Source: an uncultured Planctomycetota bacterium | GTDB lineage: Bacteria > Planctomycetota > Planctomycetia > Isosphaerales > Isosphaeraceae | Assembly: GCA_963845755.1 (NCBI GenBank) | Contig: CAWJTV010000011.1 | Coordinates: forward strand, 768,001-832,000 | Reading direction: 5' to 3' | DNA length: 64,000 nucleotides | Shown: in pieces, positions 51,133 through 61,974 of the stretch | How the letters are laid out: every line of letters begins with the position of its first letter | Numbering within the stretch: the first letter of the stretch is position 1 | The notes under the pieces: model-generated | Seen by the model: the letters and a program-made list of their open reading frames with translations, nothing else | Database searches by the model: none | Told to the model about the DNA's origin: nothing | Program-made: the position numbers and the translations under genes

Positions 51133-51176
51133 GTCGGTCAGGCTTTCCAGCCTGACTTTCTGACACGTCAGGCTAG
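51133..51176. repeat. REP doublet, left part, interrupted at CTAG (remainder at 53462-53479)
   Basis: gtcggtcaggctttccagcctgac..cgtcaggCTAG | CTAGaaagcccgacctac. Confidence 0.75.
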
Positions 51177-51387
51177 AGCGCTTCACATTTGGGTTGCGCA
51201 CACAAACGGCGTCACTTCGGCGGCCTGAGGGGCCGCGGGAGCCCAGCCCGGGGTGCAAACCCCGGGACTCGGTCAAACCGCGCCTCCAGGTGCACCCTGA
51301 AGGGGTGCCGGAGGGCTCTCCCGCGGCCCTATAGGCCGCCGGAATGTGGGTTTGCGTCGGACCCCGGGTTTCACCCGGGGCTGGGCT

Positions 51388-53398
51388 CCTATGACCCCAA
51401 CAGAGTGGCATATAGCCCGTTGATACCTGATACTGTCATCCCTCTGAGCCGCCTCAGAGGGCGTTGAACCCGACCCTGACGCCGGATTGCTGCTTGCATG
51501 GAGGTGATCGTCCTCGCGACGTCCTACCACGGAGAGCGGACATGACACGACGATCGGCCTTGGGACGGCACAGCCTCCGCATCCACCGGGAGTTCGTCCC
51601 CTCCCGCTGCCAGCTCCGCGCCCTGGCCTTGGCCTTCGAGCAGGCCCTCCCCATCATCCGGAGGCCGCTGACGACGCCGGCACGACCACAAATGTTCGTT
51701 GATTCTGATTTGAATTCGTTCACACAACCAGGCCGTTCGGGGGCCCTCCGATGACCGAACCCATCGACCGCCGCGCCGCCTTGTACGCCAGGGTCTCCAC
51801 CGAACAGCAGGCCCAAGAGGACACGATCGCCAGTCAACTCGATCTGTTGCGCCGGCGGATCCAGGCCGATGGCCTGACCGTCGCCCAGGAACTCCAATTC
51901 GCCGACGACGGTTATTCGGGCGAGACCTTCCGGCGCCCCGCCCTGGAACGGTTGCGCGACACGGCCGCCGCCGGGGCGATCGACCGGATCTACATCGAGT
52001 GTCCCGACCGATTGGCACGGGATTACCCGTATCAGATGGTCGTGGTCGACGAGCTGCGCCGCCAGGGCGTCGAGGTCGTCTTCCTCAATCACGACCTCGA
52101 TGAGAGCCCCGAGGGTTGACTGCTGTTGCAAGTCCAGGGGATCATCGCCGAATACGAGCGGGTCAAGGCCCGTGAGAAGTGTCGCCGCGGCCGGCTCTAC
52201 GCGGCGCGGTCGGGCCAGGTCAGCGTCCTGGGCGGCGCCTTACGGATACCATTACCACACCAAGCAGGAGGGAGGTGGCGCGGCCCGGTATGTCGTCCAG
52301 TTCGCCGAGGCCCAGGTGGTCCGAGAGATCTTCACCTGGGTGGGGATCGAAGGATGTTCGCTCAGTCAGGTGTGCCGACGATTGCGAGAACGCGGGCTCC
52401 TTACCCGCACGGGCAAGGTGCATTGGGATCGGGCCACGGTCCTGGGCATGCTGCGCAACCCGGCTTACATGGGGACAGCCCACTTCAACAAGGTCCATTG
52501 CGTCCCGGCCCGTCCCCGGTTGCGCCCGCGTCGGGGAGTCCCCGAGTTTCCACGGCGACACACCGCCAAAGCGGCGACGCCCCCCGAGGACCAGATCCCG
52601 ATCCCGGTGCCGGCGATCGTGGAGCCGGCCCTGTTCGAGGCCGTGCAGGAGCGGCTGGCGGAGCACCGCCGACATCCCGGCCAGGCGGCCCCCCGGCCGC
52701 GCCATCTGCTGGCGGGCTTGGTGGTGTGCCAGCGGTGTGGTTACGCGTATCGCGGTCGGGCCATGAAGAAGAAGGGAGGGAGTCGCTATGGCTATTACCG
52801 CTGTTATGGGGCGGAGGCCGAGTCCTTCGCCGGCCGGGCCCGGATCTGCGACAATCCGGCGATCCGGATCGAACGTCTGGACGAGGCGGTGTGGTCCGAT
52901 GTGCGCGGGTTGTTGCTGGAGCCGGAGCGGTTGGCTGAGGAATTCGAGCGGCGGTTGAGTCGGGCGAACCGAGGCGAGGGGACGACTCAGTCGAGTCGGA
53001 GCCTGGACAAGTTGATCGGTCAGGTCCGCCGCAGGCTGGCGCGGCTGGTGGAGATGTACGCCGACGGATACATCGAGAAGGAGAAATTCCAGAGAGATAT
53101 GGATATTTCTCGAACACGAATGTCAGAATTGGAGTTGGAGCGTCGGGCGATGGACCAGGAGGAACAGCAACGGGAGGAGTTACGGTTGGTGATGGGTCGG
53201 ATCGAGGAATTCGGGGCGCAGGTACGCGCTGGTTTGGATACCAGCGACGTGGCGACGCGTCGTCGGATCATTTGTGCACTGGTCAAGAAGGTCGAGATCG
53301 ATGCCGAGGCGGTTCATATTGTGTATCGTGTGAGCCCTCGCCCTTTTGCCCAAACGGCCCCGACAGACGGTAACATGCCACACTGTTGGGGCCGTTCC
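51388..53398 (+). mobile_element. Minimal large-serine-recombinase element, copy A
   Basis: About 2.0 kb, nearly identical to 59478-61489; CC core at both junctions; sub-terminal IR CCCCAACAGAGTGGCAT / ATGCCACACTGTTGGGG. Confidence 0.88.
51542..51754 (+). CDS. 70-aa protein translationally coupled to the recombinase
   Basis: GGAGAG RBS; ATGA overlap with recombinase start; identical in copy B. Confidence 0.65.
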   Translation: MTRRSALGRHSLRIHREFVPSRCQLRALALAFEQALPIIRRPLTTPARPQMFVDSDLNSFTQPGRSGALR

Positions 53399-53617
53399 CG
53401 CGGCCCTACAGGCCGCCGGAGATCGGCTCGCCTCGTGTCTGCAACTCGATCGTTACGCGCGCTAGAAAGCCCGACCTACTGGTCAATCAAGTTCTCCAGC
53501 GAAAACCCGACAGGTCGCTTCAAGATATTCTTGGCAAACATCGCATCAACGAGCAATTTAAGAGACCCAGCTTTTTCGACCGTTGTATATGAGCGGCTTT
53601 CAAAGGCGTCGTCGTAG
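51751..53617 (+). pseudogene. Large serine recombinase, copy A (CGA>TGA at 52117-52119 plus 2-nt deletion near 52235)
   Basis: YARVS, DDGYSG, RPALERL, DRLAR, PYGY, CQRCG..YYRC zinc ribbon; lesions seen by comparison with copy B. Confidence 0.8.
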
Positions 53618-53779
53618 GGTGGGTCGAACGCCGCTTTGGGGCGTCAGGCCCACCGGACACCGCTCGCATCACGACAGGCTCGCCGCCATCGCGGGGCCGG
53701 AACGCTTCTGGTACGATCGCGTAGGATTGGAGCTAGCACTTCCGCAGGAGAACACCCGAGCGCTCCCGAGAGAATCGCC

Positions 53780-56700
53780 ATGAAACGACCACTTTCGGCC
53801 TCGCATCGATCCGGTCGATCCGCGTTATGGCCTCGAGGCGAGCGACTCGAAGACCGATCTCTGATGAGCGTCCAGTTCACCATCGACCCGCTCCAGGACG
53901 TCCATCCCATCTCGCGATACATCTACGGCGTCAACCAGCCCCTGGCCGGATATACCAATTTTACCTACCAGCGACTGGGAGGCGATTTGACGACGGACTG
54001 GAACTGGGAGAATGGCGACAGCAACGCCGGCCACGACTACTACTATCAGAATGAGAGCCTCAGCGATTTCACCGGCGGCACCGATGGGCCTGGCGGCGCG
54101 GCCGTCCCGATCATTCAGAGCGACCACGCCCAGAACGCCGCCACCTTGCTCACGGTTCCCATCAACGGCGACGTCGCCGCCAACACGGCCAATGACGATG
54201 TCCTGTACGACCCCGTCACCACGGTGACGACTTCCGTCAGCTCCACGGCCACAGTCATCCCGGTCGCCAGCGCCGCCGCCATCCCCACCACGCCCTACTA
54301 CATCGTCGATCGATGGCGAGGAAATGGAAGTCACCAGCGTCAACCTGACGCAGAATGACCTCACGGTGGTCCGAGGGATCAGTGGGAGCACGGCGACACC
54401 CCAGGCCAACGACCCGGTCTATCTTTCCCCGGATGTGAGGAACAGCGGGGCGAATTACTTGCAGACCCAGTTCGAGCAAGAGCTGCCGATGAAGCCCGGC
54501 GCCCCCGGCTCGTTCACGCTCAATCCCACCCCCGGCGGCCCGGTCTACGCGGACGAGTTCGTCAACTGGGTCAATACCATGTATCCCTACGGCGAGACCA
54601 GCACGACCACCCCTATCTGGTACGAGCTGGACAACGAGCCGGACCTCTGGAACTCCACGCACACCGAGATCCAACCGAACCCCGTGACCTACGCCGAGGT
54701 CGTCCAGGATAGCATCGACTACGCCGAGGCCATCAAGTCGGTCGAGCCGAACGCGCTGGTCTTCGGGCCATCCAGCTACGGCTGGGAAGGATTCACCTCG
54801 CTGCAAGACGCGCCGGACGCCGATGGCCGCAACTGGCTGGATGATTATCTCCAGCAGATGCAGCAAGCCTCGGTCACCGCCGGAGAGCGGTTACTCGACG
54901 TGCTCGATATTCACTTCTACACATCAACGCCCGACGACCCGGCCGACATCGTGCAGGCCCCGCGCTCGCTCTGGGACCCGACCTACATGGAAAATAGCTG
55001 GATCGCCCAGAGCATTCCCGGGCCGATCGAGCTACTACCGCGGTTGCAAGCCGCCATCAACCAGTACGACCCCGGCACGAAGCTGTCGATCAGCGAGTAC
55101 AACTACGGCGGCGGCGACGAGATCGCCGGCGCGATTGCCGAGGCCGACGCCCTGGGGATCTTCGGCGAGCAAGGACTGTACGCCGCCAGCGAGTGGCAGT
55201 TGAGTTCCAACGAATCCTACATCGCTGCCGCATTCAACATGTATCGGGACTTCGACGGCAACGATAGCACGTTCGGCGACACCTCCGTTTCCGCCCGCAC
55301 CAACGACGTCACCGACACCTCGATCTATGCGAGCGTCGACTCGTCCGACACCAACGTGATGACCCTGGTCGCCATCAACAAGAGCACCCAACCGCTGACG
55401 GCGACCTTGCAGCTCGATCACGTTCAGCCGGGCGCGACGGCCGCCATTTACCAATTGACCAGCGGCTCGACGACGCCGCAGTATGCCGGCACGGTCACGA
55501 TCACCAATCCGGCCGACTTCAGTGACCTGATGCCGGGCTCCAGCGTAACGACGATCCGCATCATCTCGCCGAGCGGCCTGGGCGACGCCCCGACCGTGGC
55601 CACGCCCGCCCAGGCTTCGCCTCCCACCGTCATGGGCGTCACCACCGACCTGAGCGTCGTGGGGGCCGATGCCGGCGGGGCGTCAAACTTGACTTACACC
55701 TGGAGCACCACCACGGCGCCGGCGCCGGTCACCTTCTCGGTCAACGACACCAACGCCGCCCAGGATACCGTCGCCACGTTCCATGCGGTTGGCACCTATT
55801 CCTTCCTGGTGACGATCGCCAATCCCGGCGGCTATTTCGCGACCAGCAGCGTGAATGTCACGGTCGATCCCACGCTGAGCCACATCACGCTGACCCCTTC
55901 CGATCCGACGGCGACCGAGCAGGGAGACCAGCAATTCACAGCGACGGGCACCGACCAGTTCGGCAACGCACTGAGTGCCCCACCGAGTTATTCCTGGTCG
56001 GCCGGCGCCGGCTCCATCTCCAGCGCCGGCGTATTCGTGGCCCCGGCCGCGCCGGGGAATGTCACGATCACCGCGTCCGCCGACGGCGTGGAGGGCAGCA
56101 CCACGGATTCCGTGGTCAACCCGACGACGATCACCGTCAGCGCCCCGACCGACCTCGCCCTGCGCAACGCCGTGGCCCAGGCCAACACCGACGCCGCCAA
56201 CGGCGACGCGGCCACGATCGTCTTCGCCCCCAGCCTGGCCCGCGACATCATCGCGCTGAGCTCCGGGCCGCTGGACCTGACCGCCGGCACCGGCGCCATC
56301 CGGATCGAGGGCGGCGGCCTGATCACCCTCAGCGGCGACGGCGACACCCAGGTCTTCCAGATCGACAGCGGCGCCCAGGTCACTCTGGACGGGCTGACGA
56401 TCGAGGGCGGCAGCGCCGGCAGCAGCGGCGGCGGCATCGACAACTCTGGCACCCTGACCATCACGAACTCCACGCTCGCCGATAACACCGCCGGCACTTC
56501 AGGCGGCGGCATCGACAACACGGCAAGTCTTACGGTGACCAACGTGACCTTCACGGGCAACTCCGCTCCGACCGGCGGCGGCATCAACAATGCCGGCACC
56601 GCGATGATTGCGGATGCCACGTTCAACGGCAACGATGCGACCGGTACCAGCGGCACCGGCGGAGCGGTCGCCAGCACGGGCACCCTGACGCTGACGAACT

Positions 56701-58586
56701 CCACCCTCGCCGACAACTCCTCATCGAATGCCGCCGGCGGCATCGCCAATACCGGCCAGATGACCGTGACGGATTCCACCATCGACGACAACACCGGTTC
56801 CTACATCGCGGGCGGCATCAACAATGTCGGCACCATGTCCGTAACGAACTGCACCCTCGCCGGGAATGATGCCTACCTGGGCGGCGGCATCTACAACGGC
56901 AACTATTATGGCGCCTCCGGCAACTTGACACTGACGAATGACACGATCACGAGCAACTTCGCCGCCTATGGCGCCGGCGGTGGCATCTACATGGCGAACG
57001 GCTCTTACAGTACAACCGGCGGTAGCACGCTGACCCTGTACAACACCCTGATCGCCGGTAACTACGCCTCGGGCAACAGCGGCGATCCCCTCAGCAATCC
57101 GGTCCTCCCCTTCGGCCCGGACATCCAGGTCCATAGCGGCACCGTCACCGGCTCGAACAACCTGATCGGAGACGGCCAGGGCCTGACGGGCATCAGCAAC
57201 GGCGATGCCAACCACAATCAGGTCGGCACACCCGCGGCCCCGATCGATCCGCTCCTGGCCGCGCCGATCGAGAACGTCGATTTCACGCTGGCCCTCACCG
57301 CTCCGGTCGTCGCGTTCAATATCGCCCAGATCCCGCTGATGAACAACGGCGGGCCGACCGAGACGATCGCGCTGCTCCCCGGCAGCCCGGCCATCGGCGC
57401 CGGCACGGCGATCACCGGCGTCACCACCGACCAGCGCGGGCTCCCGCTCGACTCGCCCCCCGACATCGGGGCCTACCAGGTCCAATCCGCCTCGTCCTCG
57501 CTCGCCATCGCTTCGATCGGACCCATCGCGCCCGCCACGCGCAACACGCCCGTCACCGCGATCGATGTGACTCTCAGCGAGCCCGCCGGTCCCGGCGGAT
57601 TCACCGCCGGCGCCCTCATCCTGACCGACGACGGCGGCCCGAACCTGATCACCGGCGCGGTCGCCGTCACCCTCGTCTCCGGCTCGACCTATCAGATCAG
57701 CGGCCTTTCCAGCCTCACCGGCGCCGAGGGCTCCTACACGCTGACGGTCCACGCGGCCGACATCCCGGACTCATCAGGCAACCTGGGGTCTGGCTCGGCG
57801 TCGACCTCGTGGCTGATGGACACCACGCCGCCCACCAGCACGGTCAACGCCCTGCCGTCCCGGACGACCGCGATGGCCTTCACCGTCTCGGTGACCGCGT
57901 CCGACCCGGCCGGCGCGAACGGCAGCCCGCCCTCCGGCGTCGCCTCGATCGCCATCGACGTCTCGACCAATGGTGGACCGTTTATCCGATTTGCCACGGT
58001 GACGCCGGCCCAATTCTCGGCGACATTCACGGGCCAGGCCGGCAACACCTATGCCTTCTACAGCATCGCGACCGACAGGGCCGGCAACGTCCAGCCGACT
58101 CCCACCACCGCCCAGGCGACCACGACCCTGATCGGCACGACCTCGCCCACCCCCACACCAACACCGACTCCCACCCCCACGCCAACCCAGACGGTGATCA
58201 TCGGCGAGCAACCGCTTTTCCAGCGCAGGCTCAAGAAAGGCAAGCCCGTCGGCAAGGCGGTCCTATCCGGCTTCACGCTCGACTTCAGCGTCCCGCTCAA
58301 CTCCACGGCCGCTATGAACGCCGCGAACTATCAGCTCGACACCATCACCACCAAGCGGGTCAAGAAGGCAACTCATCAAATTCTACATACGATCACAAAT
58401 TTAAGAATATCATATCTTGTGACCAGCGACACGGTCGAGATCGCGTTCAGAGCCAAGGAGACGTTCCCGACAGGCGGTCAACTCACGGTCCTCGGCGGCC
58501 TGACGACGGCCTCGGGCGGCACGCTGAGCGGCAACGCGGTGTTCGCGATCTCCAAGGGCGGGAAGAGCCTCGGCCCATCGTCGTGA
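53780..58586 (+). CDS. Secreted multidomain GH44 endoglucanase/xyloglucanase with Ig-like, GGAI beta-helix and choice-of-anchor Q regions (frameshift near 54310)
   Basis: ERLEDRSLMS (LEPR-XLL), ISRYIYGVN, WNWEN..SNAG.D, LDNEPDLW, ISEYNYGG; GGGI.N repeats; NNGGPTET.ALLPGSPAI..TDQRG..DIGAYQ; PT linker. Confidence 0.88.
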
Positions 58587-58680
58587 GTCCTCGATCCCGA
58601 CTCCCGACGGCGGGGATACCGATGCGCGAATCCTGGCGAGTTGGTGGCGGTGATGTTAGAGTAGAAGCCTGGAGGGTCCC

Positions 58681-58947
58681 ATGAACATCACGCCCGAGAT
58701 CCGGCAGGCGATCGAACGATCCGGAGGCGAGCCACTCCGGCTGGAAGATCCCTTGAGCCGGGAGTCGTACATCCTCCTGAAGGCTTCCGCTTTCGAAAGG
58801 ATCCAGCAGCTCCTCGCTCCGCTCATCAGCAAACAGGATGACTGGCAATGGGCGGACGCCTATCCCGCAGCCGATGAGGCGTTCCGCGAGGGTTGGGAAG
58901 CACCCGGTATGTCGGATTACGACGAGTACGAGAAACACCGGCCGTGA
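58681..58947 (+). CDS. Putative antitoxin
   Basis: 88 aa, acidic C-terminus (GWEAPGMSDYDEY); GTGA overlap with the toxin. Confidence 0.65.
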   Translation: MNITPEIRQAIERSGGEPLRLEDPLSRESYILLKASAFERIQQLLAPLISKQDDWQWADAYPAADEAFREGWEAPGMSDYDEYEKHRP

Positions 58948-59294
58948 ACCGTGGCGATGTCGTGCTGGCGTTCTACCCGTTTGCCTCCGGATCCGGCGGC
59001 AAGAGACGCCCAGCTCTCGTCGTGCAAAACGATGCCGACAATGCGCGGATGGGGGCCACGATTCTGGCCCAGATCACGACGAACCTGGCCCGAGCGGGCG
59101 AGCCAACCCACCTGCTGATCGAGGCGTCCACGATCGAGGGCCAGCAATCCGGTCTGCTGCACGATTCACTCATATCGTGCAATAACCTGGTCACGGTCGA
59201 ACTGACGCGCATTCACAAGGTGATCGGTCGCCTTCCGGCAACGACGATGCAGAAGATCGACGATTGCCTGAAGGCCGTACTCGGTCTGCCGTGA
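58944..59294 (+). CDS. PemK/MazF family toxin
   Basis: RGDVVL..YPF..G.KRRPALVVQND..ITT..GL..DS...IGRL..CLKAVLGL. Confidence 0.88.
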   Translation: MNRGDVVLAFYPFASGSGGKRRPALVVQNDADNARMGATILAQITTNLARAGEPTHLLIEASTIEGQQSGLLHDSLISCNNLVTVELTRIHKVIGRLPATTMQKIDDCLKAVLGLP

Positions 59295-59410
59295 CTCGGG
59301 GATGGCCAGAAGCGCTCCGTTGGCCTTCATCTGGCTTCACCAAGCGGGCAACCTCTCGAAGTCAGGGCTGCCCCTGGGCCGGCAAGCCCAGTCATCCTCA
59401 TCCCAGGTCG

Positions 59411-59477
59411 TTAGAGCGCGTAACGATTGCGTTGCATACACGAGGCAAGCCGATCACCGGCGGCCTATAGGGCCGCG
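59411..59477 (-). repeat. End of a second member of the MITE-like host repeat
   Basis: Reverse complement closely matches 53399-53464 and ends CGTTACGCGCTCTAA. Confidence 0.7.
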
Positions 59478-61126
59478 GGAACGGCCCCAACAGTGTGGCA
59501 TGTTACCGTCTGTCGGGGCCGTTTGGGCAAAAGGGCGAGGGCTCACACGATACACAATATGAACCGCCTCGGCATCGATCTCGACCTTCTTGACCAGTGC
59601 ACAAATGATCCGACGACGCGTCGCCACGTCGCTGGTATCCAAACCGGCGCGTACCTGCGCCCGAATTCCTCGATCCGACCCATCACCAACCGTAACTCCT
59701 CCCGTTGCTGTTCCTCCTGGTCCATCGCCCGACGCTCCAACTCCAATTCTGACATTCGTGTTCGAGAAATATCCATATCTCTCTGGAATTTCTCCTTCTC
59801 GATGTATCCGTCGGCGTACATCTCCACCAGCCGCGCCAGCCTGCGGCGGACCTGACCGATCAACTTGTCCAGGCTCCGACTCGACTGAGTCGTCCCCTCG
59901 CCTCGGTTCGCCCGACTCAACCGCCGCTCGAATTCCTCAGCCAACCGCTCCGGCTCCAGCAACAACCCGCGCACATCGGACCACACCGCCTCGTCCAGAC
60001 GTTCGATCCGGATCGCCGGATTGTCGCAGATCCGGGCCCGGCCGGCGAAGGACTCGGCCTCCGCCCCATAACAGCGGTAATAGCCATAGCGACTCCCTCC
60101 CTTCTTCTTCATGGCCCGACCGCGATACGCGTAACCACACCGCTGGCACACCACCAAGCCCGCCAGCAGATGGCGCGGCCGGGGGGCCGCCTGGCCGGGA
60201 TGTCGGCGGTGCTCCGCCAGCCGCTCCTGCACGGCCTCGAACAGGGCCGGCTCCACGATCGCCGGGACCGGGATCGGGATCTGGTCCTCGGGGGGCGTCG
60301 CCGCTTTGGCGGTGTGTCGCCGTGGAAACTCGGGGACTCCCCGACGCGGGCGCAACCGGGGACGGGCCGGGACGCAATGGACCTTGTTGAAGTGGGCTGT
60401 CCCCATGTAAGCCGGGTTGCGCAGCATGCCCAGGACCGTGGCCCGATCCCAATGCGCCTTGCCCGTGCGGGTAAGGAGCCCGCGTTCTCGCAATCGTCGG
60501 CACACCTGACTGAGCGAACATCCTTCGATCCCCACCCAGGTGAAGATCTCTCGGACCACCTGGGCCTCGGCGAACTGGACGACATACCGGGCCGCGCCAC
60601 CTCCCTCCTGCTTGGTGTGGTAATGGTATCCGTAAGGCGCACCGCCCAGGACGCTGACCTGGCCCGACCGCGCCGCGTAGAGCCGGCCGCGGCGACACTT
60701 CTCACGGGCCTTGACCCGCTCGTATTCGGCGATGATCCCCTGGACTTGCAACAGCAGTCGACCCTCGGGGCTCTCATCGAGGTCGTGATTGAGGAAGACG
60801 ACCTCGACGCCCTGGCGGCGCAGCTCGTCGACCACGACCATCTGATACGGGTAATCCCGTGCCAATCGGTCGGGACACTCGATGTAGATCCGGTCGATCG
60901 CCCCGGCGGCGGCCGTGTCGCGCAACCGTTCCAGGGCGGGGCGCCGGAAGGTCTCGCCCGAATAACCGTCGTCGGCGAATTGGAGTTCCTGGGCGACGGT
61001 CAGGCCATCGGCCTGGTTCCGCCGGCGCAACAGATCGAGTTGACTGGCGATCGTGTCCTCTTGGGCCTGCTGTTCGGTGGAGACCCTGGCGTACAAGGCG
61101 GCGCGGCGGTCGATGGGTTCGGTCAT
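59454..61126 (-). CDS. Large serine recombinase, copy B (probably intact; one G missing in a homopolymer near 59660)
   Basis: 527-aa ORF with all LSR motifs; terminal frame ..LVKKVEID..HCWGRSRGPIGRR*. Confidence 0.9.
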
Positions 61127-61489
61127 CGGAGGGCCCCCGAACGGCCTGGTTGTGTGAACGAATTCAAATCAGAATCAACGAACATTTGTGGTCGTGCCGG
61201 CGTCGTCAGCGGCCTCCGGATGATGGGGAGGGCCTGCTCGAAGGCCAAGGCCAGGGCGCGGAGCTGGCAGCGGGAGGGGACGAACTCCCGGTGGATGCGG
61301 AGGCTGTGCCGTCCCAAGGCCGATCGTCGTGTCATGTCCGCTCTCCGTGGTAGGACGTCGCGAGGACGATCACCTCCATGCAAGCAGCAATCCGGCGTCA
61401 GGGTCGGGTTCAACGCCCTCTGAGGCGGCTCAGAGGGATGACAGTATCAGGTATCAACGGGCTATATGCCACTCTGTTGGGGTCATAGG
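59478..61489 (-). mobile_element. Minimal large-serine-recombinase element, copy B (inverted)
   Basis: Same ends and the same target context GGGCTGGGCT-CC-CGCGGCCCT as copy A. Confidence 0.88.
61123..61335 (-). CDS. 70-aa protein coupled to the recombinase (copy B)
   Basis: Identical to 51542-51754. Confidence 0.65.
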   Translation of the reverse strand: MTRRSALGRHSLRIHREFVPSRCQLRALALAFEQALPIIRRPLTTPARPQMFVDSDLNSFTQPGRSGALR

Positions 61490-61665
61490 AGCCCAGCCCC
61501 GGGTGAAACCCGGGGTCTCCGGCGCATCCCCCAGATCTCCGGCGGCCTGTAGGGCCGCAGGAGTCACCTCCCGGCACCCCTACAGGGTGCACGAGCATGG
61601 CGCCGTCCGACCGAGTTCCCGGGGTTTCACCACCGGGCTGGGCTCCGGCGGCCCTTCGGGCCGAG
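61490..61665. repeat. Palindromic host repeat, other part
   Basis: gcccagccccgggtgaaacccgggg..gcacccctacagggtgc..gggctgggctccggcggccc; same family as 51220-51387 but diverged. Confidence 0.7.
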
Positions 61666-61974
61666 GGAGGACGTCTGCGGTTCCGGTCCCAACCGCATTC
61701 CCTCACCGTCCCCGTCTCAGGATGCGTCAGAACGGACGCGTCGGGCTGGCGGGGCGAGTGTGCCGTCCAGGCGATAGACGCTCCAGGGCAGCGAGGTGCT
61801 GCTCATGGGTCCTGGACCTGGTAGACTCCAGCGATGAACGATCGACCAGACAGGCCGGTCCCAGTTCGCCCGTTCGGCCCAACGGCGGCCTGGAACGCCT
61901 GACCGACTTGAACGGGCCGGCAACGACGAGCGTTCCGGCGGATTGATGCAGGCCAGGCCGGTGAGTCCTCGACC

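Larger units (their letters stand above)
51174..53464. mobile_element. MITE-like palindromic repeat (~280 bp when empty) with TAGAGCGC-type ends, hosting the recombinase element
   Basis: Left TAGAGCGCTTCAC, right GTTACGCGCGCTA; CTAG at both junctions; internal CCCGGGG..CCCCGGG hairpins. Confidence 0.65.

Noticed and set aside
51388..61489. Classical DDE IS or composite transposon with target-site duplication
   Set aside because: No DDE transposase; the inverted repeats are sub-terminal att arms around a CC core rather than IS ends
51388..61489. Prophage
   Set aside because: No structural, packaging or replication genes between or beside the recombinases
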